Under the pieces are notes generated by a model. The model had not been told where the DNA came from and did not search any database. It worked only from the letters and a program-made list of their open reading frames with translations. A DNA stretch of 63,682 bases, counting the filler, from Candidatus Fermentibacterota bacterium (GTDB lineage Bacteria; JAFGKV01): the NCBI GenBank assembly GCA_016928395.1. It is 8 parts of 8 records of this genome, joined end to end, with 100 filler letters (N's around TTAATTAATTAA, not from the genome) between each part and the next. Parts side by side here need not be neighbours in the genome. Positions count along the whole stretch, not along the records: positions 29,080 to 42,744 come from JAFGKV010000026.1; 7 more parts are not named here. One strand, given 5' to 3'. This document shows positions 29,247 to 38,281 of this stretch, in pieces. Each line of letters opens with the position of its first letter. Within the stretch, counting starts at the first letter, position 1. The translations under genes were made by a program, and so were the position numbers.

Positions 29247-29996
29247 TCAGCCGGCGAGGGCGCCGGCTTGCATGGTGAGAAGGCGAACGCCATGGCCGTG
29301 GATCTGACGGAACGTGGCGCCCTGACTAGCATAGCGGATGACCTTGTTGGCATCGGTCACCCGCGTGCCGCAGATGGCGTCGATGCCAAAGTCGAAGAGC
29401 ACGGGCGAGAGGGGAGAGGTAGGGCCGGTGAGTACCACATAGCTTCCCTGGCACAATGTAAGTAACTGCTCCAGAGTATGATTGATGAAGGCGGTGCCCG
29501 TGAGCGACACGACGTCGCACTTCGGCAGGATTCGGGGCGCCTCGCTTTCACTCAGGTCTCCCGGGCGAAGACGCTTCTCGATCACCCAGAGATTGCGTGC
29601 GATGCGCCGCAGTTTCGGTATAAACGGAAAATGCCCTACGACCGCGATGTTCCTATCCCGACCCTTTTCCGCCAGGAGTTCAAAGGCGCCTTTCTCGATG
29701 CATGCGGATTCGTCCAGATCGATGAGCGAATTGATGGCCGCCATGCCGATGGACGCGCTCACCGTGTCATCCGACCGTGCGTACTCGACCAGGTCTCTGG
29801 CAGGCCTGCCCAGGAGGGTTCCGGCGTCCTTTACCTCGCAGGGGTGATCGCCCAAGGAAAGATCCAGGTCACGGTAGGTTGTGGCCATGCCGCTGAAGCG
29901 GGTGGTCACCACGGTCCAGAACGCGCCCGCGCAGACCGTGCGTACTGGGGTATCCTTTGCGGGCAGGCTCTCGATCAGCGCATCCATTGCCTTCAT
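29247..29996 (-). CDS. DUF364 (Rossmann-like, putative metal-chelating) protein
   Basis: SIGMAAINSL, VVGHFPFI, TGTAFINHTL, TGPTSPLSPVLFDFG. Confidence 0.85.
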   Translation of the reverse strand: MKAMDALIESLPAKDTPVRTVCAGAFWTVVTTRFSGMATTYRDLDLSLGDHPCEVKDAGTLLGRPARDLVEYARSDDTVSASIGMAAINSLIDLDESACIEKGAFELLAEKGRDRNIAVVGHFPFIPKLRRIARNLWVIEKRLRPGDLSESEAPRILPKCDVVSLTGTAFINHTLEQLLTLCQGSYVVLTGPTSPLSPVLFDFGIDAICGTRVTDANKVIRYASQGATFRQIHGHGVRLLTMQAGALAG

Positions 29997-30220
29997 GAGC
30001 GTTTCTCCTGGCGTGTGGCCACTCAGGTTGCAGGGTTTGTGGTTCAGGGTTGGTTGCGTGCCGCGGGAGTCTCTGGCCTTTCTGCCATCCGCTGAAATGG
30101 GTCATATGGGGAGAAGGGGTCAGGGATCACGCGGATCGCCCCACTCTGTCCCATCCATAGCCGAGAGTGAGGTGGGGTCACGGGCAGTGGCTGAGCTGAT
30201 ACATGGGATCGAGCTTTGTC

Positions 30221-31093
30221 TCAGGAGCGGGGCGCATCTTTTCCCGGTGGAGATGTAACGACGAGCGAGCCAACAGGCGAATGCACCCTCTCCGCAACCA
30301 GGGGGCACTTCACCACGAACAGGAAGAAGATGGTTTTGTCTATTTCGGAGAGTGTTTCATAGTTGCCCTGGCCCTTGGCGATGACGACATCAGCTTCGCG
30401 GAATCGTGCGCGGAACTCATCGGAGCAATCCTTTAGGATAGTCCCGGGAGCATCGGAACCATTGGATATGACTGGCGCAATGCGGTAGAGACCCGCCCGG
30501 TGGGCATCCTCCATGGTGGCATCGTTGATGATGGGCGCACCTCGCACGGCGATGGTGAGACACTCCTTTGGCAGCGCCTCCAGCAAGAGGGTATCGAGGA
30601 CTATTTCTCCTGCATTGTCGGTGAGATACAGAATGCTGCGCGCCTGCTGGACCGCGCGGAAAAGCGCCCGGGTGTCGCCGTGGAGAGGCCGGTTCCACAC
30701 CGTCTCCATATAGCCTGACAAGTCCTTCGGCCCGATCTGAGTCATCGCGCCGGCGTCCAACAGGTTGCCACCGATGGCAACGCGCACCGCTGCCGCGCGG
30801 GGGTCATGACTCGCTGCCACCGCCTCGCGAAGCGTTGGGAGTATGCAGGCTGCAGCTTGATTCATCGCATCTTTCACCGCACGATAGGGATCCGCGCATT
30901 GCAGCTCATGCCGAATCATCCGGTGGATCTTCTGTCCGACAGCGGGTGGCGAGCCGGCCCAATCGGTGGAAGCGATGGCGCCCACGAGGCGGCGCAACAG
31001 GGATTCCCTGCGGATCTCGTCGTGAATGACCTCCGATACTGCCTCCATCGCCTGCCGCACAAAGCAGGGGACGCACGCAAGCTCGCATCTCAT
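30221..31093 (-). CDS. Damage-control phosphatase, ARMT1/DUF89 family
   Basis: CVPCFVRQA, DPY..VK, GNLLD, TDNAGEIVLD, PIINDAT, AKGQGNYETLS, VKC. Confidence 0.9.
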   Translation of the reverse strand: MRCELACVPCFVRQAMEAVSEVIHDEIRRESLLRRLVGAIASTDWAGSPPAVGQKIHRMIRHELQCADPYRAVKDAMNQAAACILPTLREAVAASHDPRAAAVRVAIGGNLLDAGAMTQIGPKDLSGYMETVWNRPLHGDTRALFRAVQQARSILYLTDNAGEIVLDTLLLEALPKECLTIAVRGAPIINDATMEDAHRAGLYRIAPVISNGSDAPGTILKDCSDEFRARFREADVVIAKGQGNYETLSEIDKTIFFLFVVKCPLVAERVHSPVGSLVVTSPPGKDAPRS

Positions 31094-31258
31094 TGCGGAT
31101 GATCCAATGGCTTCGACGGCGTCACGCAGGGAAGAGTCCGGGTGATCCACCAGAGCCTCGCCATCCGTCTCGGCAGGCAGTGCCGTAGTCCTGGCCGATT
31201 CATGGCCGTGAGATCGAGCTCTCCGATGGGCTGTGCGCTCCTGAATCCCCAGGACGCG

Positions 31259-32062
31259 TTATCTGCGCCGCAAGGTGAGGGCCTCCTGAGGGCATTGTGC
31301 GAGGCATTCACCACAGCCGGTGCATCGTTCGAGTGAAATGACGGCAATCTCCTCTACCGTAATGGCGTCGGTTGGGCATGCGGCGATACATGCCCCGCAC
31401 GCCGTACACCGGTCTGAATTGACTGCGGCGATCAGACGCGAGGCTGGGGCGCGGTCAGCGACGTGGGCGATTCGTTCTGTGATGGCTTTGAGCTCGGCCT
31501 CCAGCCTCTGGGCTTCGGATTTCAGCATCTCAACCTCATCCCGTCGTGATGGAGGGGATGCCGCCGTGGGTGGCCCATCTATCGTTCCCATGCCTCGGCC
31601 CATGCCCATGCCTCGGCCCATGCCTCGGCCCATACCTCCGCCACCGCCCATGCCACGGCCCATGCCGCGGCCCATGCCGCTCTCCGGGGTGGCAGGGGCG
31701 CCCACACCGAAATGGCTGGCCACATTGGGCCCCTGAGTCACGGGAAACGAACCAGTTTTGTACTGCGCTACCGCGTCCCGTACACGCCCACTCACACCGA
31801 CAATGACATCGATGCCGGCGGCACTGAGGGTCTGATACGCGTTCGGGCCGCAGTTGCCCGTCAGCAGGGCCGTTACATCGCGCTCGGCCATCAGTTGCGC
31901 CGACTGAATACCAGCCCCACCGCCAAGGGTGAGGTTGGGGTTTTCCACTGCTTCGATTTCCATCGTGTCCGGATTGATGAGCACGAAAAACGGGCATCGG
32001 CCGAATCGCGGATCAACCTGATCGTCGAGGCCAGGGCCCTTCGCGGTCACTGCTATTCTCAC
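31259..32062 (-). CDS. NifB/NifX (Orange protein-like) domain + Gly/Met/Arg linker + coiled coil + 2x[4Fe-4S] ferredoxin
   Basis: DPRFGRCPFF, GGAGIQSAQ, TGNCGPNA; GMGRGMG repeats; CTACGACIAACP and CTGCGECLAQCP; GTG overlaps the upstream TGA. Confidence 0.88.
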   Translation of the reverse strand: MRIAVTAKGPGLDDQVDPRFGRCPFFVLINPDTMEIEAVENPNLTLGGGAGIQSAQLMAERDVTALLTGNCGPNAYQTLSAAGIDVIVGVSGRVRDAVAQYKTGSFPVTQGPNVASHFGVGAPATPESGMGRGMGRGMGGGGGMGRGMGRGMGMGRGMGTIDGPPTAASPPSRRDEVEMLKSEAQRLEAELKAITERIAHVADRAPASRLIAAVNSDRCTACGACIAACPTDAITVEEIAVISLERCTGCGECLAQCPQEALTLRRR

Positions 32063-33897
32063 ACTTTGCTCCATTCTGTGGTGAGACAAGACATCTGAAG
32101 GGAGATTTTCTCCCATACTGTGCGGATAGCCTCTGCGGCGGGGCTGTCGCCATACTCTATCACGGTTTTGCTGGCCATTAGCGCATCGTTCACCGTGCGG
32201 TCGAAGGGAATGCGGCCAAGTACCGACGAACCGTGTGCCGCCGCAATCTCTTCAATGCGCCGTGCCTGGTTGGCGTTCAGGTCGGCCTTATTGATGACAA
32301 TGGCCGAGGGTACGCCGAAGTGCGCCGCGAGTTGGAGCACGCGTTCCATGTCGTGAACTCCGGACACGGTGGGCTCCGTGACGATAAGCACGAGGTCGGT
32401 GCCGCTCACCGACGCGATCACCGGGCATCCGGTTCCCGGTGGCCCATCGCCGAGGAGTCGCGCCTGTTTCAGCTCGGTTGCCAACTCCCCAGCCCTCGTG
32501 CGTACCTGCGTCACCAAGCGCCCTGAGTTCTCTTCCGCAATACCCAACTGGGCATGGACCATGGCGCCAAGGTCGGTCAACGAGACATACCACTGGCCGG
32601 TGATGTTTCGTTCCGCGCTGATGGCCTTCACCGGGCACACCAACGGACACAGGCCGCATCCCTCACAGGCAAGAGGCTCCACGCGATACGTCAGTGCAAT
32701 CCCATCGTGCCCTGGACCGTCCAGTCGAATGGCGTCGAAGTGGCATGCCTGCGCGCATGCCCCACAGGCGATGCACGCATCGGCATCTATCTCGGCTTTG
32801 GTGCCGCCGGCGAACTCATGTACCTCGCAGACTTCGGGTTTCACGAGTAGATGAAGGTCTGCGGCGTCGACGTCGTTGTCCGCCAATACCGAGACCTTTG
32901 CGAGGTAGGCCAGCGACGCCAGCACTGTGGTCTTCCCCGTGCCGCCTTTGCCACTGATGATGGTGAGCTCCTTGTAGTCGTTCGCGTTCCCTCGGGGAAA
33001 GGCCCGCGGCATCTTTGAAGAGAGGGCGAACCCTCTCTGTTCAGGAGTTTCGGGAGTTGCTAAGGCGTTCGATTCAAACATGGCCATCAAATTCGGCCCC
33101 ATCTCCGGGAAGCGCGTGATGAGAATCTGCCCGTCCGAGTAGGCTTCGGCATAGTCTCTTCGGAACGGGATTCGTCCAATCACCGGAAGCCCTATCTCGT
33201 CAGCATACTCCTGAATCAATGAATCCGTCCCATCGGACCGGTTGATGACGATTCCGGTCGGGACTCCAAGCGTGAGCGTGAGTCCCACCGCCAGTTTGAG
33301 ATCGTGCAGGCCGAAGGGGGTCGGTTCGGTGACCAGCCAGGCTGCATCAGCGCCGCGAACTGCCTCCACCACGGGGCATGCCGTCCCGGGTGAGGCATCG
33401 ATGATGTTGATTGAGTCGTCTTGAATATGGCTCTTGACGGCGTGCACCACCGCGGGCGCCAGTGCCTCGCCCACGTTGAGGATGCCGTGGGCGAAGAAGA
33501 AGGGTTGCGGCCCGACGGACCACTGCACGCGGCCGATGGCAACCGGCCGTTCACTCAGCGCGCCCTCCGGGCAGACATACGAGCAGACGCCACAGGCGTG
33601 GCAGAGCTCATCAAAGATAAGGACCTTGCCTTTCACTACCGCGATGGCATTGTAGTTGCAGGCCTTGGCGCATAGACCGCATGCCGTGCACTTCTCGGGG
33701 TCCCAGACAGGCTTGCGGACGGTAACCGACTTCTCATGCGCGAAGTCCGGCTGCACGAAGAGGAAGTCATTCGGTTCCTCAACATCACAGTCCAACAGAC
33801 GAACACGCCGGCCCTGTTCCGCCAGCGCGTACGCGAGGTTCACGGCCACGGTGGTTTTGCCGGTTCCGCCCTTGCCGCTGGCAATAGCGAGTATCAT
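32059..33897 (-). CDS. Fused tandem MinD/CbiA-type P-loop ATPase with two ferredoxin inserts
   Basis: Two SGKGGTGKTT Walker A motifs, four CxxCxxCxxxC motifs, two D..PGTxCPV and two TEPT motifs in one frame. Confidence 0.9.
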   Translation of the reverse strand: MILAIASGKGGTGKTTVAVNLAYALAEQGRRVRLLDCDVEEPNDFLFVQPDFAHEKSVTVRKPVWDPEKCTACGLCAKACNYNAIAVVKGKVLIFDELCHACGVCSYVCPEGALSERPVAIGRVQWSVGPQPFFFAHGILNVGEALAPAVVHAVKSHIQDDSINIIDASPGTACPVVEAVRGADAAWLVTEPTPFGLHDLKLAVGLTLTLGVPTGIVINRSDGTDSLIQEYADEIGLPVIGRIPFRRDYAEAYSDGQILITRFPEMGPNLMAMFESNALATPETPEQRGFALSSKMPRAFPRGNANDYKELTIISGKGGTGKTTVLASLAYLAKVSVLADNDVDAADLHLLVKPEVCEVHEFAGGTKAEIDADACIACGACAQACHFDAIRLDGPGHDGIALTYRVEPLACEGCGLCPLVCPVKAISAERNITGQWYVSLTDLGAMVHAQLGIAEENSGRLVTQVRTRAGELATELKQARLLGDGPPGTGCPVIASVSGTDLVLIVTEPTVSGVHDMERVLQLAAHFGVPSAIVINKADLNANQARRIEEIAAAHGSSVLGRIPFDRTVNDALMASKTVIEYGDSPAAEAIRTVWEKISLQMSCLTTEWSKV

Positions 33898-34001
33898 GGG
33901 TGTCAATTCCTTTCAGGTCCGGAAGCGGATGGATGAACACGCCTGCTCTTGAAGGGGGCGTGCATCGGCGATTGGGCTAGGATAGGCGGGAGGCGCCCAT
34001 A

Positions 34002-34274
34002 TTACCCCCTGGTCATTGCTGCTCCGCACGACGGGCATCGGATCGCAGTACAGGGGGCGCTAGCTTGATGTGCTATGCTGGCACCGCACTGGGGGCAGAC
34101 GCAGGTTCCCCCGGGGCCTAATGACGACCCTCCCATGCGACCTTGGCCTCCACCCATGCCCGCGCCTCTTCCCATACCGGCGCCTCTTCCCATGCCGGCG
34201 CCTCTACCCGTCCCGGCCCCTCTACCCGTGCCTGGCCCCTGGCCCCTCGGTCCTGTACCGTCTCCTCGTGGCAT
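34002..34274 (-). CDS. DUF5320-like Gly-rich protein with C-terminal Cys-rich metal-binding motif
   Basis: MPRGDGTGP, GRGAG(T/M) 18-bp repeats, CVCPQCG...PC...CPSCG. Confidence 0.8.
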   Translation of the reverse strand: MPRGDGTGPRGQGPGTGRGAGTGRGAGMGRGAGMGRGAGMGGGQGRMGGSSLGPGGTCVCPQCGASIAHQASAPCTAIRCPSCGAAMTRG

Positions 34275-34407
34275 TGCAATCTCTCCTTGTTGCTGGGGTA
34301 ACTCTTGTCTTGATCCCGGATCCCGCCGCGCAGTGCATCTTTCGCGGACACGTCAGGCTATGGCGAAAGATATGGCATGGGGGGAACGTCTGGGCCTTCT
34401 TCTGCTG

Positions 34408-34929
34408 CTAGTCTTCAGTGGGCGCCGCTTGCAGTTCCTCGATTCGCGTGCGGATTCCCTCGAGAACATCTTCGAAATACTCGGCTTGGGCCCTCAAAGC
34501 GTCGAGCTGTTGCCCCGGGCTTGTCTGCCCCCCCCCGGGACCCGCCCCGGCCGCCCGCTGCCACCCGGTGAGCCCGGTGGCGTAGTACCAGTTTCGCCAC
34601 CCGCGTCCGCCGCCTCCGAACCCTCGGCTCCAGCCAAATCCTCGGCCGGCCAGTGGATTCACGAACCCCGCGCCGGCGTATCCGGCGCAAAAGCCCATTG
34701 CTCTTCCTGTCATCGGTCCCATTCCCGCGGGACCTGTTCCGTCTCCGCCTGGCATACTATGCTCCTTCCCATCGGACGTAGCGGCTTCCCTTAGCGGAAT
34801 GCCTGCCACGCCCATGTAACCTTGTCGGATCTGCGATGCGTTCGGGGAGAACTCCATCATGCAGAACCCTCTCCCCATCCCCGTCATGGGGCCCTCGCCC
34901 CTGGGGCCTGTGCCATCTCCTCCTGGCAT
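34408..34929 (-). CDS. DUF5320-family protein with duplicated N-terminal motif (second start at 34755)
   Basis: Two MPGGDGTGPxGxGPMTG..GFC motifs; GWRNWYYATGLTGW; C-terminal coiled coil. Confidence 0.82.
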   Translation of the reverse strand: MPGGDGTGPRGEGPMTGMGRGFCMMEFSPNASQIRQGYMGVAGIPLREAATSDGKEHSMPGGDGTGPAGMGPMTGRAMGFCAGYAGAGFVNPLAGRGFGWSRGFGGGGRGWRNWYYATGLTGWQRAAGAGPGGGQTSPGQQLDALRAQAEYFEDVLEGIRTRIEELQAAPTED

Positions 34930-35059
34930 CCTAGTCTACTCCTTCCGTCTGCCGCGCGAACAGGGCCGACCCGCCTTTCCCCGACTCGTCGCGGCTGCCA
35001 AGAATCCTCTTGCGCCAGTCCCTTTGCCCGCCTCACGACTACGACCTTGTAGTCAAGCC

Positions 35060-35211
35060 TGCATTATCCGTACCGAAGAGAACTCACGCGTCTTGCTCCC
35101 AAAATGGCTTGTCACGAATGTCACACCGGCTACATGGCACGCGACAGGTTTCATTGTGAGTGTCGCGAGGATGCAACCATTGCTTGCACTATGAGTCGCT
35201 AAAAGGCGACT
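35060..35211 (-). promoter_or_regulatory. sigma54 promoter with two upstream activator-like palindromes
   Basis: Minus TCGGTACGGATAATGCA (GG-N10-GC) at 35060-35076; TGTCGC-N6-GCAACC at 35161 and AGTCGC-N6-GCGACT at 35194. Confidence 0.65.
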
Positions 35212-35368
35212 ATCTCTGATGAGGTGGCCCGTTGGTATTCGTTGTCGTGAAACCCACGGCCAGCACACTCGGAACGGAAGTCGGGTGAATGCAGGAATGC
35301 ATGAAGGCGGAGAAAATGGGCGAGCTGCGGATTTGCAGAGGATCCGAGGATCAACCCATGAGGGACTC

Positions 35369-36175
35369 TCATGGGTTCGGGCTTGGCGGCGTGGTGCCGA
35401 TGCGTCCCCCGATATGGCATCGCAACTGCGCCATCCAGGGCTGCAGCATCGGAGTATCCGGCAACCGGTCGGTGATCGTGTCGACGAAGCTTCGTCTGGC
35501 AAGCCGGCGAAGTGCCGGAAGGCAGTTCATGTCATAGGTCCAGGAGAGCTGCATCAGAAGCATGTCGCCGACTGTGCGAAGGTTCCCAGTTGAACAGCTA
35601 TGGGTGCTCGTGATCTCATCGATAACCTCCGGCGATGGGGTTCGATCGAGACTGAGGTGGGGGATCATCCTCTGGAGCATCAGACCTCCGTCCTGGTCTA
35701 TCGCATCGATCACAACACGCATTATGTCGAGCTTGTCAGCGTCACGGAGCACGGCCAGAAATGCTGAACTTCGCGGGGGTAGGCTGTCGGGAATACGGAA
35801 TCTATTGTGATATCTCGTGCCGTCTAGCAGAAGCTGACAGTCGTTGGGCGCGACGCAGGCGAGTATTTCACTCTCCGTGAGTATCATCCACCCGCGTTCA
35901 CCATGATTCAGAGAATGTGCATCGGCATAGGTCCCGTGCTCAGTGAACTGGACAAAACGGCCCACGTCGTGTACCAGCCCCAGTGCCTCCATGGTGATCG
36001 TATCTCCCCGGGGCCAGGCCAGCTCTCGAGTGAGCCCCGACGCTTCTTTTGCGACCCGTTCGGAATGACTCGCCTTGATGTTGAGTAAAGGATGCCCACC
36101 GTCGCGCCCGGATGTGAAAAGCTCGACGTAGCTCTTCCACCACTTTCGCACGCACCCCAGTTGCGGCAGCGTCAT
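35369..36175 (-). CDS. HD-domain phosphohydrolase
   Basis: HSERV, LVHDVGRFVQF, NHGERG, YHN, LRDADKLDI. Confidence 0.85.
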   Translation of the reverse strand: MTLPQLGCVRKWWKSYVELFTSGRDGGHPLLNIKASHSERVAKEASGLTRELAWPRGDTITMEALGLVHDVGRFVQFTEHGTYADAHSLNHGERGWMILTESEILACVAPNDCQLLLDGTRYHNRFRIPDSLPPRSSAFLAVLRDADKLDIMRVVIDAIDQDGGLMLQRMIPHLSLDRTPSPEVIDEITSTHSCSTGNLRTVGDMLLMQLSWTYDMNCLPALRRLARRSFVDTITDRLPDTPMLQPWMAQLRCHIGGRIGTTPPSPNP

Positions 36176-36233
36176 GGGCGAACGTCTCGGAGGGAGTCCG
36201 AAAGACCCCACACGGGCCAGCACAACGCCGCCA

Positions 36234-36839
36234 TCAGTGGTCGTCCCGTTTCTCGAACATCAGCGGCAAGACGATGTCACTCGTGCAGCAGGGAATCCAC
36301 ACCGCCAGGAACAGGAACACGACTATCAGCGCTCCAAGAATCGGGTCAGGCGATCCGTCCATTGCCATTGTCATGTGAAAGAGCGAGGCCCAGGTGCTCA
36401 GAAAGACGTGGCCGGCGTGGGGAACCCGGGTGTGGGGCCACACATACCCTATGAGAATGCCCAATGCGGCCAGCGGATTCACCAGCCACCACTTTTCGAT
36501 GAACCCAAGATGAATGCCCCTATTGGGGATTTGCAGCAGCCACTCGCCAACGAATGGGATAACCGAGTCACTGAGAGTCGCGACGCCGACAGACCCCACA
36601 TACCCCACCAGCAGGGTCCATCCAAGCCTGCCGTGTGAGTGACGGCGGTACATAGCTGCGGTCACCAAAGCGCTGAGGAGTACGTGAAGTGGATGCAAGG
36701 ACCAGAACAGCACCGTGGACGTAGTCTGAGGGACGTGGAGCACCGCCACTAGAACCATGACGACTGCCCCGGACAGCGCTCCCACCGCCGTGAACGGGGA
36801 GTGCCGCCGCAACTCGCGGGCGATATGCGACGGGGTCAC
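36234..36839 (-). CDS. Conserved His-rich membrane protein (possible metal transporter or binder)
   Basis: HSPFT, LHPLHV, TLSD, PHAGHV, PCCTSDIV within hydrophobic helices. Confidence 0.75.
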   Translation of the reverse strand: MTPSHIARELRRHSPFTAVGALSGAVVMVLVAVLHVPQTTSTVLFWSLHPLHVLLSALVTAAMYRRHSHGRLGWTLLVGYVGSVGVATLSDSVIPFVGEWLLQIPNRGIHLGFIEKWWLVNPLAALGILIGYVWPHTRVPHAGHVFLSTWASLFHMTMAMDGSPDPILGALIVVFLFLAVWIPCCTSDIVLPLMFEKRDDH

Positions 36840-37795
36840 ACGCGCTCCTCCTGTGTGCCTATCCGCTCAGTGGCCACGTAGAACACCTCCAACCCCCTTC
36901 GCTCGGCTCGAATGCTGCGGGTGCGGAGCAGTTCTCCGAGGTACTTCGCGACTTCGTTCTTGTGCATCTCGAACACATGGCCGATCTGATCGGCCGTGCA
37001 CGGTCGGCGTGTCAGCATTGCCAGGATGGTCTCTGCGTTCGCCGCCACATCTGCTGAGTGTGAAGCACTGAAGTCTCCGATGACCTCTGCGGGAGGGGCG
37101 AAGAGCCCCGCAAGGGCAGTCATGCGATCCCGGGAGAGCGGCTTGACAAACTCCTCGGCACACGGTCGAACCGCAGTGTTCAAGTGAACCTTCTCCGGCT
37201 GAAGAGACTTTACGAGAGCGGCGATCTTCTCCACGTCGGCGGGGATGGAGTTCATCCCCCAGACGATAAATACCTCCACCCAGAGCTCACCCCCAAACTC
37301 CTGGCGGAAGCGCCGTTGCCCCTCTATCATGCGATCGAACGAGCCGACGGTATCGGGCCGGTTGATCTGGGCCCATGAAGCCTCATCCCACGCGCTGAGC
37401 GAGACCTTCACGACATGGGCGGAGGCTGCGGCCTCCCGCACGGCCGGATCCCAGAGTAGAGAACCATTGGTGAGCACCGCCACGGGCGTGCTCGTCGTGG
37501 CTCTTACATGCCGGATGACCTCGCCAAACCCTGAATGAAGTGTAGGTTCACCTGACCCCGAAAGGGTCATGTAGTCAGCCGTTCCTCCGGCCTGAAGCCA
37601 TTGGGTGAGTTCGTCGAGAACCTCGACGGTCGGCACGTACTCGGCTCTGGTCAGAGTCTTGTGCGTGGTGCGCCCCAACTGGCAGAACACGCAATCGTAG
37701 CTGCATGTCTTGAACGGGACCAGATCAATCCCCAGTGACAGGCCAAACCGCCTCGAGGGCACAGGGCCGAACAGGTAGCGGTAGTTGCTTTTCAT
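36836..37795 (-). CDS. Radical SAM protein
   Basis: FGPVPSRRFGLSLGID, CSYDCVFC, SGSGEPTL. Confidence 0.92.
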   Translation of the reverse strand: MKSNYRYLFGPVPSRRFGLSLGIDLVPFKTCSYDCVFCQLGRTTHKTLTRAEYVPTVEVLDELTQWLQAGGTADYMTLSGSGEPTLHSGFGEVIRHVRATTSTPVAVLTNGSLLWDPAVREAAASAHVVKVSLSAWDEASWAQINRPDTVGSFDRMIEGQRRFRQEFGGELWVEVFIVWGMNSIPADVEKIAALVKSLQPEKVHLNTAVRPCAEEFVKPLSRDRMTALAGLFAPPAEVIGDFSASHSADVAANAETILAMLTRRPCTADQIGHVFEMHKNEVAKYLGELLRTRSIRAERRGLEVFYVATERIGTQEERV

Positions 37796-37923
37796 TGCCT
37801 TGCTTCCGTGGTATGATGCCAAAGATCCACGCTGCGCTGATCAATGATCAGGATGCCGTGAAGGTGATCAACTTCGTGCTGCACACTACGCGCCAGGATG
37901 CCCTCCAGCAGGTGTAGACTCAT
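37792..37923 (-). pseudogene. Peptide deformylase C-terminal fragment (43-aa ORF)
   Basis: Hand translation MSLHLLEGILARSVQHEVDHLHGILIIDQRSVDLWHHTTEARQ*; QHExDHLxG motif; GGGAG SD; TGA overlaps the radical SAM ATG. Confidence 0.75.
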
Positions 37924-38005
37924 CACATATCTCCCTGCCAGTGTGATGCGACGCCATCACGGCGTCCGGCTCACGTCATGCGTCTCAAGAAATAGAATAT
38001 ATATA

Positions 38006-38159
38006 TGCAATGCTCGTGCCTGAAGCACCGGACCCGGGAGAAAGGCCTGCAAATCAAGGTTTCTTGCCGTAGGACTGTGCGGCCACATCCTCATTCGCAA
38101 AGGCCAAGGGTAGCATCTTTGCGACTCATGCCGGTCCATACAGCCGCTTCACTGCGATA
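38006..38159 (-). promoter_or_regulatory. sigma54 promoter with two upstream activator-like palindromes
   Basis: Minus CAGGCACGAGCATTGCA at 38006-38022; GGTAGC-N6-GCGACT at 38109 and AGCCGC-N6-GCGATA at 38142. Confidence 0.75.
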
Positions 38160-38281
38160 CTTCCGAGAGACGCAGGAACAGGGAGCCGCCACGCACGACG
38201 GAGTCCTCGGATGAGAATGAAATCGTGCATCTTGGCGGACGATTGGGCGTACGGCAGAGGTGGGGGAGGGGAGGGAGGTAG

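Noticed and set aside
31259..32062. Nitrogen fixation gene
   Set aside because: NifB/NifX domains are widespread in non-diazotrophic anaerobes; no nifHDK here
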